From a virus: 43,996 nt of DNA. The translations under genes were made by a program, and so were the position numbers. Location of the stretch: positions 1-43,996 of IMG/VR virus record IMGVR_UViG_3300010362_000006; one strand, 5' to 3'. Below are positions 15,789 through 24,043 of the stretch, one piece after another. The notes under the pieces were generated by a model. It saw nothing but the letters and a program-made list of their open reading frames with translations, ran no database searches and was not told where the DNA came from. Each line of letters starts with the position of its first letter. Positions within the stretch are counted from its first letter, which is position 1.

Positions 15789-16313
15789 CTATGTCGCGAG
15801 GACGGCTAAAACCAGCCGGGAGACGCTGTCGGGTATCGTCAGAACGTCAGTGCAGAGGGTCAAATCCGGCGCCGCAGGCGCCTCGTACGGGTCCGAGACG
15901 CCGGTGAAGTTGGGAATCTCTCCCGCGATCGCGCGCCGATAGAGACCTTTCACGTCCCGCGCGGTCACGACCTCGAGCGGCGCCGCGACGTAGACCTCGA
16001 GGAACCGCACACCATCGACCTGCGCCTGCTCTCGCGCGAGTCGACGCGCCTCCGCGTACGGCGAGATCATCGCGACGAAGACGATCACGCCGTGCCGCGC
16101 AATCCGCGTCGCGACCCAGGCGACGCGCGCCACGTTGAGATTGCGATCACGGGCGGTGTAGCCGAGTTCCGGCGCCAGATGCGGACGGACGACGTCCGCA
16201 TCGAGCAGGTCCACCGCGAGCCCATACGAGGCCAGCTCGTCGCGCGCCGCCGCCGCGACGGTCGACTTGCCCGCACCCGAGAGTCCGGTCAACCAGGCGA
16301 TCGTGCCCCTCAC
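15789..16313 (-). CDS. cysC: Adenylylsulfate (APS) kinase, 174 aa
   Basis: GLSGAGKST P-loop, LDADVVR, ARDRNLNVARV, ISPY, RDVKGLYRRA..GEIPNFTGVSDPYEAP. Confidence 0.88.
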   Translation of the reverse strand: MRGTIAWLTGLSGAGKSTVAAAARDELASYGLAVDLLDADVVRPHLAPELGYTARDRNLNVARVAWVATRIARHGVIVFVAMISPYAEARRLAREQAQVDGVRFLEVYVAAPLEVVTARDVKGLYRRAIAGEIPNFTGVSDPYEAPAAPDLTLCTDVLTIPDSVSRLVLAVLAT

Positions 16314-16918
16314 CGCTTGCCCTTCGACCAGTTGCGATCGGCCACCTCGAGGTCGCCGCGGCGCAGCCGCTTCAAATCTTCGGCGAACAGCGACGGCCCG
16401 CGCGGGCTGAGCGCCGCATCTTCGGTCAGAAAGAAATCGCGTCGACGCAGGCCACGTCGCTTGCCCTGCATGGTGTGGCAGTCGTCGGTGTAGTCGGGCA
16501 ACGTCTCGACCTTCGTCGCGGCGAGCAGGGTCTCGACGGCCTTGTCCGACACGCCCTTCGCTTCGTGGACGAGGTTCGCGAGGTGATCGGCATCACGGCT
16601 CTTCGCCGCGGTGCAGAGCAGAATCACCGCCTTCGCCATGAAGACCCGCCCGGCCAACTTCCAGCGATCCTTGTCGGTCATTTCCTTGCGCACGAGATCC
16701 CACGAGTCGTAGAGTGCCTTCACCTCGCCCGTCACCAGGGCCGCGCAATCCTCGGCGCTGATAATCAGCAAACGCCGCCACGCGTAGGCGCCGAACCCAC
16801 TGGTGTGCAGTTCCATCGCGCAGTAACCCGCCATTCGCACGTCGTTGCGGCGGATGCCCTTCTGCATCGCCGACACCACGCGCGCTAAATCGTGCCCTCT
16901 CTTCGTTGTCAGTCGCAT
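16310..16918 (-). CDS. Stand-alone MgsA/RarA C-terminal-domain-like protein, 202 aa
   Basis: SAMQKGIRRNDVRMAGYCAMEL...RRLLIISAEDCA...LLCTAAKSRD...LPDYTDDCH parallels the MgsA_C pattern; GGAGGAG 8 nt before ATG 16918; GTGA-coupled to cysC. Confidence 0.5.
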   Translation of the reverse strand: MRLTTKRGHDLARVVSAMQKGIRRNDVRMAGYCAMELHTSGFGAYAWRRLLIISAEDCAALVTGEVKALYDSWDLVRKEMTDKDRWKLAGRVFMAKAVILLCTAAKSRDADHLANLVHEAKGVSDKAVETLLAATKVETLPDYTDDCHTMQGKRRGLRRRDFFLTEDAALSPRGPSLFAEDLKRLRRGDLEVADRNWSKGKR

Positions 16919-16943
16919 CAGTTGATCTCCTCCAGAAGCATCA

Positions 16944-16972
16944 ACTTTATCGTCGGAATCAAGAGCGGTCAA
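16944..16972 (-). promoter_or_regulatory. Promoter P3: TTGACC (16972-16967)-17 nt-TAAAGT (16949-16944)
   Basis: Near-identical to P1 and P2. Confidence 0.7.
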
Positions 16973-17031
16973 ACGGTTTTCGGCGAGGACGATCGGGGTC
17001 CTCGGGGCGAAAGCTCATACGAAAGTCCGCG

Positions 17032-17835
17032 TCAGTAGCCGAAGGGCTCGAGCGTCAGCCGATGACGATCGAGCAGCTCGCGATCCGTGACGTGGCCGGT
17101 CCGGCTCGCGTCGATGACGAACGGCACGCGGAGCCGCTGCCCGAGAAAGGCGCTCAATTCGTCGAGAACGACGATCGGGTCCGTGACCAGGCGCTCGAAC
17201 CGGACGGTGGTGGCGCGCGGACCGAGGCGCCAGACCTGCAGCTCGGCGCGCTCGACGTATTCGCGCCACCAATCGACGGCGTCCGCGGTGTCCGCGGCCC
17301 GAAGATTCGCGATCGCACGGTGCTGGCGCACCAGGCGAGCCACCGGCGCCCGACCGGCTCGCCACCGCGCCTCAACCCGCCGACGACGATCCGTGAGGCT
17401 CGCGGCCACCTCGAGCCCGTTCCGCAGCACGTGAATGACCTGCGCCTCGGGCCAGATCCGCAACCAAAACGGCAGCGTGAAGGTGGTCCGCGGGTCCTTA
17501 AACCCGTAGCGCCGCGGGCGCCGCACCAGGCGCCAGCCCCAATAGCGACGTGCGCTCCACCCCTCGACGTGCGCGCGCACCACCTGGCTGACCGCATCGG
17601 CGAGGAACGCATCCGCCAGCAGACGATCCACACCGCCGCCGCCGGCGGTCTCGATGCTGGCGCCGGCGCTCTGAAGAATCCAGCGATTCACCGCTTGCAG
17701 TGATCGACTCTCGTGATTCGACTCGACGTCGGCGCCCATGAAGACGCCGTTGCCTGCGAGGATGCGCGCGACCAGGCTGGTCCCCGACCGACTCGAGCCG
17801 ATGACGATCACGGGACTAGAGCATGTCGGTCCCAT
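17032..17835 (-). CDS. PAPS-dependent sulfotransferase, 267 aa
   Basis: 5'-PSB-like VIVIGSSRSGTSLVARIL near the N-terminus; KDPRTTFTLPFW; 3'-PB-like LRNGLEVAAS. Confidence 0.75.
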   Translation of the reverse strand: MGPTCSSPVIVIGSSRSGTSLVARILAGNGVFMGADVESNHESRSLQAVNRWILQSAGASIETAGGGGVDRLLADAFLADAVSQVVRAHVEGWSARRYWGWRLVRRPRRYGFKDPRTTFTLPFWLRIWPEAQVIHVLRNGLEVAASLTDRRRRVEARWRAGRAPVARLVRQHRAIANLRAADTADAVDWWREYVERAELQVWRLGPRATTVRFERLVTDPIVVLDELSAFLGQRLRVPFVIDASRTGHVTDRELLDRHRLTLEPFGY

Positions 17836-18562
17836 GCTGCCGCCGCTCGACTGAGATTTTGGAAATGAACGTGCCTTTGGCCCACCGCGTCCGCAAGTGC
17901 GCGCCCCACTTGCGATGCAGGTACGCGAACTCGACGTCGTGCGCGGCCTTCGTGCGATTCACCGCGTTGCCGCCCGCTTGCTTCCACCGATCGTGCGCGA
18001 ACGCGAACCGGTTGTCCTGCCAGATGATCCGAAATTTTCTGAGGTGTTGCAGCGCGAAGTCAGTATCCGCGTGCAGCTTCAACTTCGGGTCGTAGCGCAG
18101 CTCGCGGCCGACGACGCCCATCGGCCCATCGACCCACCCGTTCAAGTTGAAAGGCTGAAGAGGCGTGAACTTCCGCACGTCCCACGCCTGGTTGAAGCCG
18201 CACAGATGCGCGCCCGCGGCCTCGGCGCACTCGATGGTGTTGACGAGCAGGTCCCAAATCAGCGGCGGCGCGATGTGATTCGCGTACGTGCCGGTCAGGC
18301 CGTACGCCCCGACGATATCATCCGGCACCATGTAGACCAGGGGACTCGACACGTGGTCGAGAATCCACTGACGGACCGGACCGATGCCGGTCACGTTGTT
18401 CGGGTGCAACAGCAGCTCGCGCTTCGTGAGGCCGTGGTACTCGTCGCGCTCTTCCTCGGCCACGCACAACGTCGCCTCGGGGAAGAACCGCCCGCTCTGC
18501 CGCGGCCACGTGCGCGCCCGACGACGACTCATGCACACCAGGGCGATCGCGGGCGTGATCAT
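17816..18562 (-). CDS. GT-A-fold-like (nucleotide-sugar transferase-like) protein, 248 aa
   Basis: Start trimmed to the ATGA-coupled ATG 18562; order IALVCMSRRR...GIGPVRQWILDH...VYMVPDDIV resembles the GT-A N-terminal half with a DxD-like motif. Weak, motif-level call only. Confidence 0.35.
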   Translation of the reverse strand: MITPAIALVCMSRRRARTWPRQSGRFFPEATLCVAEEERDEYHGLTKRELLLHPNNVTGIGPVRQWILDHVSSPLVYMVPDDIVGAYGLTGTYANHIAPPLIWDLLVNTIECAEAAGAHLCGFNQAWDVRKFTPLQPFNLNGWVDGPMGVVGRELRYDPKLKLHADTDFALQHLRKFRIIWQDNRFAFAHDRWKQAGGNAVNRTKAAHDVEFAYLHRKWGAHLRTRWAKGTFISKISVERRQHGTDML

Positions 18563-19239
18563 TTCTTCCGTTTGCCGTCGAGAATCTCGAACAGCCGGTC
18601 GGCGCCGATGACGCGTCCGATGCCGATCTTGCGGCGACCCCCGAGCGTCACGCCCTCGCGTCGGATGCCCAACAAATCGCAGGCGCGCGTCCACGCGTGG
18701 CTGTCCCGAAACACCACCATGATGTAGTCGTGGTGCTCGAAGGGCTGACACTCCATCTCCGGCAACGTCTCGTCGGCGACGACGTCCTCGCTCGCGTTGA
18801 GCAATTTCGCCCACTCCGGGGGACGGAAAAAGTCCTCGAGGTTCGCGCCGCTCTCTTGCAGACTCTTCAACGTCGCCGGTTCCCACGCCAGGCCGACTTC
18901 GGTGACACGGTTGTCGGCGATGGCGAGTTCGCGCGCCGCACTGTCCGACAAATCGAGATCGGTCCGCTGCACCACCACGAGCTGCGAGCCGTCGGTCTGC
19001 ACCACCACGAGCTCGGGCGCACCACTCTCGCCCGCGGCCTCCACGGTCTTGTTCCCCGCGATCAACTGCCCGTGTTTGTCGACCAGGACGGAGCGACCGA
19101 ACCCGTACTCGCGAATCGAGGTGTGGAGCAGCGCGCGACCACGCGTCGTACCCTTGTTCGCGTTGTTCGGGTCGGGCTTGAGGTCTGCGAGGGACCGCAG
19201 GGCACCGTTGGCTGGCGCCGCGGTGGATTTTCGCTTCAA
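18559..19239 (-). CDS. ParB/Srx-fold N-terminal domain protein, 226 aa
   Basis: LKPDPNNANKGT...LLHTSIREYGFGRSVLVDKHGQLIAGNKTVEAA; TTG 19239 preceded by GTAGGGGGG. Confidence 0.65.
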   Translation of the reverse strand: MKRKSTAAPANGALRSLADLKPDPNNANKGTTRGRALLHTSIREYGFGRSVLVDKHGQLIAGNKTVEAAGESGAPELVVVQTDGSQLVVVQRTDLDLSDSAARELAIADNRVTEVGLAWEPATLKSLQESGANLEDFFRPPEWAKLLNASEDVVADETLPEMECQPFEHHDYIMVVFRDSHAWTRACDLLGIRREGVTLGGRRKIGIGRVIGADRLFEILDGKRKK

Positions 19240-19379
19240 GTTGCCCCCCCTACGCCAATTTCGCGACGGCCTACGCGAGGGGCCTGAGTGGTTTGGCGCA
19301 CCCCACGCGCCAGCGATTGACAAGCCCCCCCGGTCCCGCGACGCGCGACGAACGACGCGCGCATCGTACCACCACACCG

Positions 19380-19550
19380 ACCAACCGACGATCACCACGA
19401 CGACACGGACATACCGACGACTCACCAACGCACACACACACACACACCGACCAACTCACTCACGCACACTCACACCCACACACACTGACTAACTGACGCA
19501 CGCACTGACGAACTGAGACGCACGACACACTCACGCGCGGAGTAACATAC
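19380..19550. repeat. Strand-asymmetric C+A-rich low-complexity tract with a 16-nt (CA)8 run (19431-19446) and four ACTGA(C/G) repeats (19484-19517); candidate cos/pac or terS-binding region
   Basis: Read directly; lies between the divergent ParB-like gene and terS. Confidence 0.5.
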
Positions 19551-19556
19551 GCACGC

Positions 19557-20048
19557 ATGCGTGGGCGGAAGCCAAAGCCGACGCAACTGAAGCGACTCGC
19601 CGGGAATCCTGGTCGCAGGCCGCTCAACACTGACGAACCCGAGCATCCTGCGCTCTCGAGCGACGTCCCACGTGAACTCACGCACGACGAGGACGCACGA
19701 CTCGAATGGTTGCGCCTCGAGCCACTCCTGAAGCGCAGTCGGCAAGTGACGGAGGCGGATCGGGCCGCACTGATGGCCTGCTGTCTGGAGTGGAGCCGGT
19801 ATCTCCGCGCAACGGCGGAAGTGCGGAACAAAGGGCCGTTGATTGCGTCGCCGAACGGCTACCCCATCATCAACCCGTGGCTGTCCATCGCCACAAAGGC
19901 ACTCGCCGGATGTAACAAACTCTGGCCCGAGTTGGGCCTGACGCCGTCCAGTCGCGCACGGGTGAAGAGCGACGGACCACCACCCGCCGGTGATGCCTTC
20001 TCGGAGTTCGACATTCCACCTGAACTTGGGCCGGTGACGGAGCACTGA
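19557..20048 (+). CDS. Terminase small subunit, P27 family, 163 aa
   Basis: MRGRKPKPTQLKRLAGNPGRRPLN...NPWLSIA...LGLTPSSRARV. Confidence 0.85.
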   Translation: MRGRKPKPTQLKRLAGNPGRRPLNTDEPEHPALSSDVPRELTHDEDARLEWLRLEPLLKRSRQVTEADRAALMACCLEWSRYLRATAEVRNKGPLIASPNGYPIINPWLSIATKALAGCNKLWPELGLTPSSRARVKSDGPPPAGDAFSEFDIPPELGPVTEH

Positions 20049-20052
20049 GGCG

Positions 20053-21717
20053 TTGCATCCGATCGATGCGTATGCGCGTGCGGTGATCAGCGGCGAACGA
20101 CCAGCAGGCAAATACCACCGACTCGCCTGTGAGCGGCACGAACGCGATCGGGCGCGACAGTGGACGCCCGACTTTCCGTACGTCCTGGTCTACAAACTCG
20201 CGGATCGCTTCGTCCGCTTCACGCAACAGCTCAAGCATTACAAGGGCGAATGGGCCGGACGGCGCATCGTACTCGAGGCGCACCAACTGTTTCGCCTCGG
20301 CTCCGTGATCGCCTGGGTCCATCGCGACACGGGACTCCGTCGCTTCCGTACCGCCTACAACGAACTGCCGAGGAAGAATGGGAAGTCGCTCGAGGCCGCG
20401 ACGATTGCGTTGTACATCTCGTTTTTCGATGGCGAACCCGGTGCCGAAGGCTATTGCATCGCGACGAAGCGCGACCAGGCGAAGATCGTGTTCAACGACG
20501 CCAAGCGGTTGACGGAATCGAGCGCGCCACTCCGATCGCGATTGTCGGTGCTCGCGGCCAACCTGCATCACTACGAGAGCGCCTCGAAGCTCGAGCCACT
20601 CGGCGCTGACTACGACTCCACCGATGGCCTCAACCCGAATCTCATCATCACGGATGAGTTTCACGCGCAAAAGAATCGCGACCTGCTCGACGTCATGGAG
20701 ACGGCGACTGGTGCGCGCCGTCAACCGCTCAATTTTCAGATCACCACCGCGGGCAATGACCCGGTCTCGCCCTGCGGCGACCAGCACGACTACGCCTGCA
20801 AAATCCTCGACCAGGTGATTGTTGACGAGACGTTCTTCGCCTTCATCGCCCACGCCGAACCAACCGACGACTGGATGGCGGAAGCGACCTGGCGGAAAGC
20901 GAATCCCAATTACGGCGTGTCGGTGAAGCCGGACGATCTGCTCGCGCTCGCCACTAAAGCCCGCAACATGGAGGCGGCGACGGCCGCGTTCAAACAAAAA
21001 CGGCTGAACTTGTGGGTCAACGCGGTCTTGCCGTGGCTGGCCCTCGATGGCTGGCGCCTCGGGCAATCGGCGTGGACCCTTGAGGACATGGCGGGCGCGG
21101 CCTGCTGGATTGGCATCGACCTCAGTTCAAAAATTGACTTGACAGCCGCCGTGGTGGTGTTTCCGCCGACCGACGAGCGCGAGACCTGGCGCCTGTGGGT
21201 GTGGGCGCTCACGCCGGCGGACACCCTCGAGCAGCGCGAACGGCGCGACCGCGCACCCTACGCGCAATGGGTCAAAGAGGGTTATCTCAGCACCAACCCC
21301 GGCAATCGCATTGACCAGGGCGCCGTGCTCGAGTTCGTGCAGCGGATGTCGGCACACTTCGACGTGCAGCGCATTGGGGTGGACCCGTGGAATGCGGGCA
21401 ATCTTGTGCAGGCGCTCACCGACGACGGCTTTCAGGTGGTGGAGATTCCGCAAACGATGGCGCAGATGAGTGCGCCCTCGAAAGACTTCGAGGCCGACGT
21501 GCTCGACGGGCTCGTCGACGCGGCGCACAACCCACTGATGCAGTGGTGCGTCAGCAACGTCGTCGTGCAACGCGATGGGAAGGACAATATTTACCCGATT
21601 AAGAAAAAGAGCCGTGGCAGAATTGACCCGGTGATCGCTACGCTCATGGGCCGTAAGCTCGCCGCGATCGATCTCGCCGTGCCGCTCGCGGGCGAACCCG
21701 ATCTGGTGGTCGCATGA
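20053..21717 (+). CDS. Terminase large subunit, 554 aa (TTG start)
   Basis: Size, position and ATPase/nuclease-like blocks (ELPRKNGKS, LIITDEFH, GIDLS...DLTA). Confidence 0.88.
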   Translation: MHPIDAYARAVISGERPAGKYHRLACERHERDRARQWTPDFPYVLVYKLADRFVRFTQQLKHYKGEWAGRRIVLEAHQLFRLGSVIAWVHRDTGLRRFRTAYNELPRKNGKSLEAATIALYISFFDGEPGAEGYCIATKRDQAKIVFNDAKRLTESSAPLRSRLSVLAANLHHYESASKLEPLGADYDSTDGLNPNLIITDEFHAQKNRDLLDVMETATGARRQPLNFQITTAGNDPVSPCGDQHDYACKILDQVIVDETFFAFIAHAEPTDDWMAEATWRKANPNYGVSVKPDDLLALATKARNMEAATAAFKQKRLNLWVNAVLPWLALDGWRLGQSAWTLEDMAGAACWIGIDLSSKIDLTAAVVVFPPTDERETWRLWVWALTPADTLEQRERRDRAPYAQWVKEGYLSTNPGNRIDQGAVLEFVQRMSAHFDVQRIGVDPWNAGNLVQALTDDGFQVVEIPQTMAQMSAPSKDFEADVLDGLVDAAHNPLMQWCVSNVVVQRDGKDNIYPIKKKSRGRIDPVIATLMGRKLAAIDLAVPLAGEPDLVVA

Positions 21718-21896
21718 AGCAACAAACCCGCGGGCGCCCGAAGCTCGATGACGAATCGGACACCGTGCCGGTCTCGGTCAAGATGTCGGCGACCGAGTAC
21801 GACCGCACCTACCAACGCGCGCAAGCGCAGCGTGTCAGCGTCTCGGAACAGATTCGTGCCGACCTGCGCGCCGCCAATAAAGTAATTCAAAAATAG
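21714..21896 (+). CDS. Small RHH-like protein, 60 aa
   Basis: ATGA coupling to terL. Confidence 0.5.
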   Translation: MKQQTRGRPKLDDESDTVPVSVKMSATEYDRTYQRAQAQRVSVSEQIRADLRAANKVIQK

Positions 21897-21932
21897 ACAC
21901 CATCTCGACCGTTCGCCACACTGCTCGACCAT

Positions 21933-22154
21933 GTGACGTGGTGGTGGCGACCGCCTTGTCTGTTGCGGGCGGTGATCGTCAATCTCAAAGACGATCCAAC
22001 GACAGCGATTAAGGGCGTGCTGTGGTCCTCACGGGGACCGTGGCTCACGCTCTCTTCAGCGGCACTGCTGAAGCCCTCCCTCCCACCGACGCCGATCGAC
22101 GGCGACGTAATCGTGCATCGCGACAACGTGTCGTTTGTGCAGGTCTTGCCCTGA
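21933..22154 (+). CDS. Small conserved-looking protein preceding the portal gene, 73 aa
   Basis: TGATG coupling to the portal start. Confidence 0.45.
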   Translation: MTWWWRPPCLLRAVIVNLKDDPTTAIKGVLWSSRGPWLTLSSAALLKPSLPPTPIDGDVIVHRDNVSFVQVLP

Positions 22155-23641
22155 TGCCGGTGGTTCAGAGTTTCGGCCAACTGCAATCGCTGATCGAGAC
22201 GCGCCCGCCGTACTACACGGTGAGCACGACGCAGCGCGCGGTCCCGCTGTACGGCGAGAGTCGCAGCTTCGCCCAACTCTATGCGACGCAGCCGAACATC
22301 CGCATTTGCGTCGACTTCCTCGCGCGCAACATCGCACAGCTCGGTCTCCACTGGTTCCGCCGCGTCTCGGATACCGATCGCATTCGCCTGGTCGACCACG
22401 ACTGCGCGCGCTGGCTGGAGAAACCGAATCCCACGACGACGCGCTATCGCCTGATCGAAAGTTTGATCGGCGACCTGGGCGTGTACTTCAACGCCTTCTG
22501 GTTGAAGATTCGCTACCGCGACGCCGACGGCGCCGACCAAATCGGCCTCGCGCGTCTCCCGCCTGAAGAAATGTCCGTCGAGGGCGGACTGCTCCCGCGT
22601 CAATTCATCTGGACCTATTTTGGCGAACAGCAACCGCTGCCGCTCAGCGACGTGATCTACTTCAACGGCTACACGGCGACGAATGCGCTGATGGGCCTCT
22701 CGCCGCTCGAGACACTCCGACAGATCCTCGCGGAGGAACAAGCCGCGAGCGAACATCGCCAGTCGTACTGGCAGAACGCCTCACGCATCGACGGCGTCAT
22801 CGAACGTCCGCTGGCTGCACCACGCTGGCAGGCGACGCAGAAAAAAGAATGGCGCGAACAGTGGCAGGAACGCTTCTCGGGCGGCGCCGGCGCCGGGCTC
22901 GTCGCGGTCCTCGAAGACGGGATGACGTTCAAAGCGGCGTCGTTCTCGCCGAAGGATTCTGAATATCTCGGCGCGCGGAAACTCTCGCGCGAGGAATGCG
23001 CCGCGGCCTACCACATTCCGCTGCCGATGGTCGGCATCCTCGAGCACGCCACGTTCTCCAACATCAAGGAACAGCACAAACAGCTCTACCAGGACACGCT
23101 TGGGCCGTGGCTCGAAATGATCACGCAGGAACTCGAGCGCCAACTGCTCGTGGAGTCCACCGATCAAACCAACGTCTATGCGGAGTTCAACATCGCCGAC
23201 AAAATGAAAGGCAGCTTCGAGGAACAAGCCACCGCGCTCAACATGCTGGTCGGGCGCCCGGTGATGACGGCCAACGAAGCGCGCGCCCGCCTGAACCTCC
23301 CCCGCGTCGACGATCCCACCGCGGACCAGCTCGCCGCGCAACAGGGCGGGCCGAGTAATAACGCCGCGAACCCTCAGGCCGACCAGGCGCCGCAGGACAG
23401 CACGGCGGCGATCGCCGCGGTCATCACCGCCAACCAGGACCGCCAACGGGCGCGTCTCGAGAAGGTGCCCGTGGCCGATCGCCCGGCCGCTTTCCACCGA
23501 CATCGCGACCGCTACACCCGCGAGCTCGCGGACGACCTCACCCCGCTCGTGGAGTCACGCGAGACCGCCTGGCAGCTCGCACTCACCACCAACGCCGCGA
23601 TGCTCGCCTCGCTCGAAGCCGACGCACTCCCGACGCACTAA
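22154..23641 (+). CDS. Portal protein (HK97 family), 495 aa
   Basis: Position after terL, size, and SFAQLYATQPNIRICVDFLARNIAQL-type N-terminus. Confidence 0.85.
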   Translation: MPVVQSFGQLQSLIETRPPYYTVSTTQRAVPLYGESRSFAQLYATQPNIRICVDFLARNIAQLGLHWFRRVSDTDRIRLVDHDCARWLEKPNPTTTRYRLIESLIGDLGVYFNAFWLKIRYRDADGADQIGLARLPPEEMSVEGGLLPRQFIWTYFGEQQPLPLSDVIYFNGYTATNALMGLSPLETLRQILAEEQAASEHRQSYWQNASRIDGVIERPLAAPRWQATQKKEWREQWQERFSGGAGAGLVAVLEDGMTFKAASFSPKDSEYLGARKLSREECAAAYHIPLPMVGILEHATFSNIKEQHKQLYQDTLGPWLEMITQELERQLLVESTDQTNVYAEFNIADKMKGSFEEQATALNMLVGRPVMTANEARARLNLPRVDDPTADQLAAQQGGPSNNAANPQADQAPQDSTAAIAAVITANQDRQRARLEKVPVADRPAAFHRHRDRYTRELADDLTPLVESRETAWQLALTTNAAMLASLEADALPTH

Positions 23642-23654
23642 AAGGAGTTTTGGA

Positions 23655-23900
23655 ATGGACCTCACGAAAGCGTTTCTGCTCGTCATCACGTCGCAGGAGA
23701 CCGACATCGAGATCGACCAGGCGGCGATCGACAGTGGGCTCGCCGCGCCGGTCGACAGCTTCGCCACCGAAGACGAAGCGAACGCCGCGAAAGACGCGTG
23801 GCTCGCGAAACCGCATCCCGACGCCTATAAGGCGTCCGTGATTCCGAATCCGAACCCGGCGCCCGTGGGCTCGGGCGACACGAGCGGGCCGGGCGTCTAG
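23655..23900 (+). CDS. Acidic small protein, 81 aa
   Basis: AAAGGAG SD. Confidence 0.55.
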   Translation: MDLTKAFLLVITSQETDIEIDQAAIDSGLAAPVDSFATEDEANAAKDAWLAKPHPDAYKASVIPNPNPAPVGSGDTSGPGV

Positions 23901-24043
23901 CCCCTTGAAGTCCCACGTGGTGCGGCTCGACGTTCGAGCGATGGTTGCGGCCGGGGCCATTACGGACACGCATCTCGAACGGCGTCGGGTCCACCACGAC
24001 GGGCGCGCACTGACCGGCGACCTCGCAGCAATGAGGACCTGTC

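Noticed and set aside
15789-16313. The cysC-like kinase as a DNA (5-hmdU) kinase in a thymidine hypermodification pathway
   Set aside because: The motif set is specifically APS-kinase-like. I found no thymidylate-synthase-like hydroxymethylase, pyrophosphorylase-type transferase or DpdA/Tgt-like gene in the genome.
16985-17010. Terminator for the ParB-GT-sulfotransferase unit (hairpin CGAGGAC-GATCGGG-GTCCTCG)
   Set aside because: In the minus-sense transcript the hairpin is followed by A-rich rather than U-rich sequence, so it is not a canonical intrinsic terminator.
19317-19322. TTGACA as the late promoter -35 box
   Set aside because: There is no acceptable -10 hexamer at 16-18 nt spacing, and it lies about 235 nt from terS.
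19870-21066. 398-aa minus-strand ORF
   Set aside because: Antisense to terS and terL. Low-complexity Arg/Val/Gly content.
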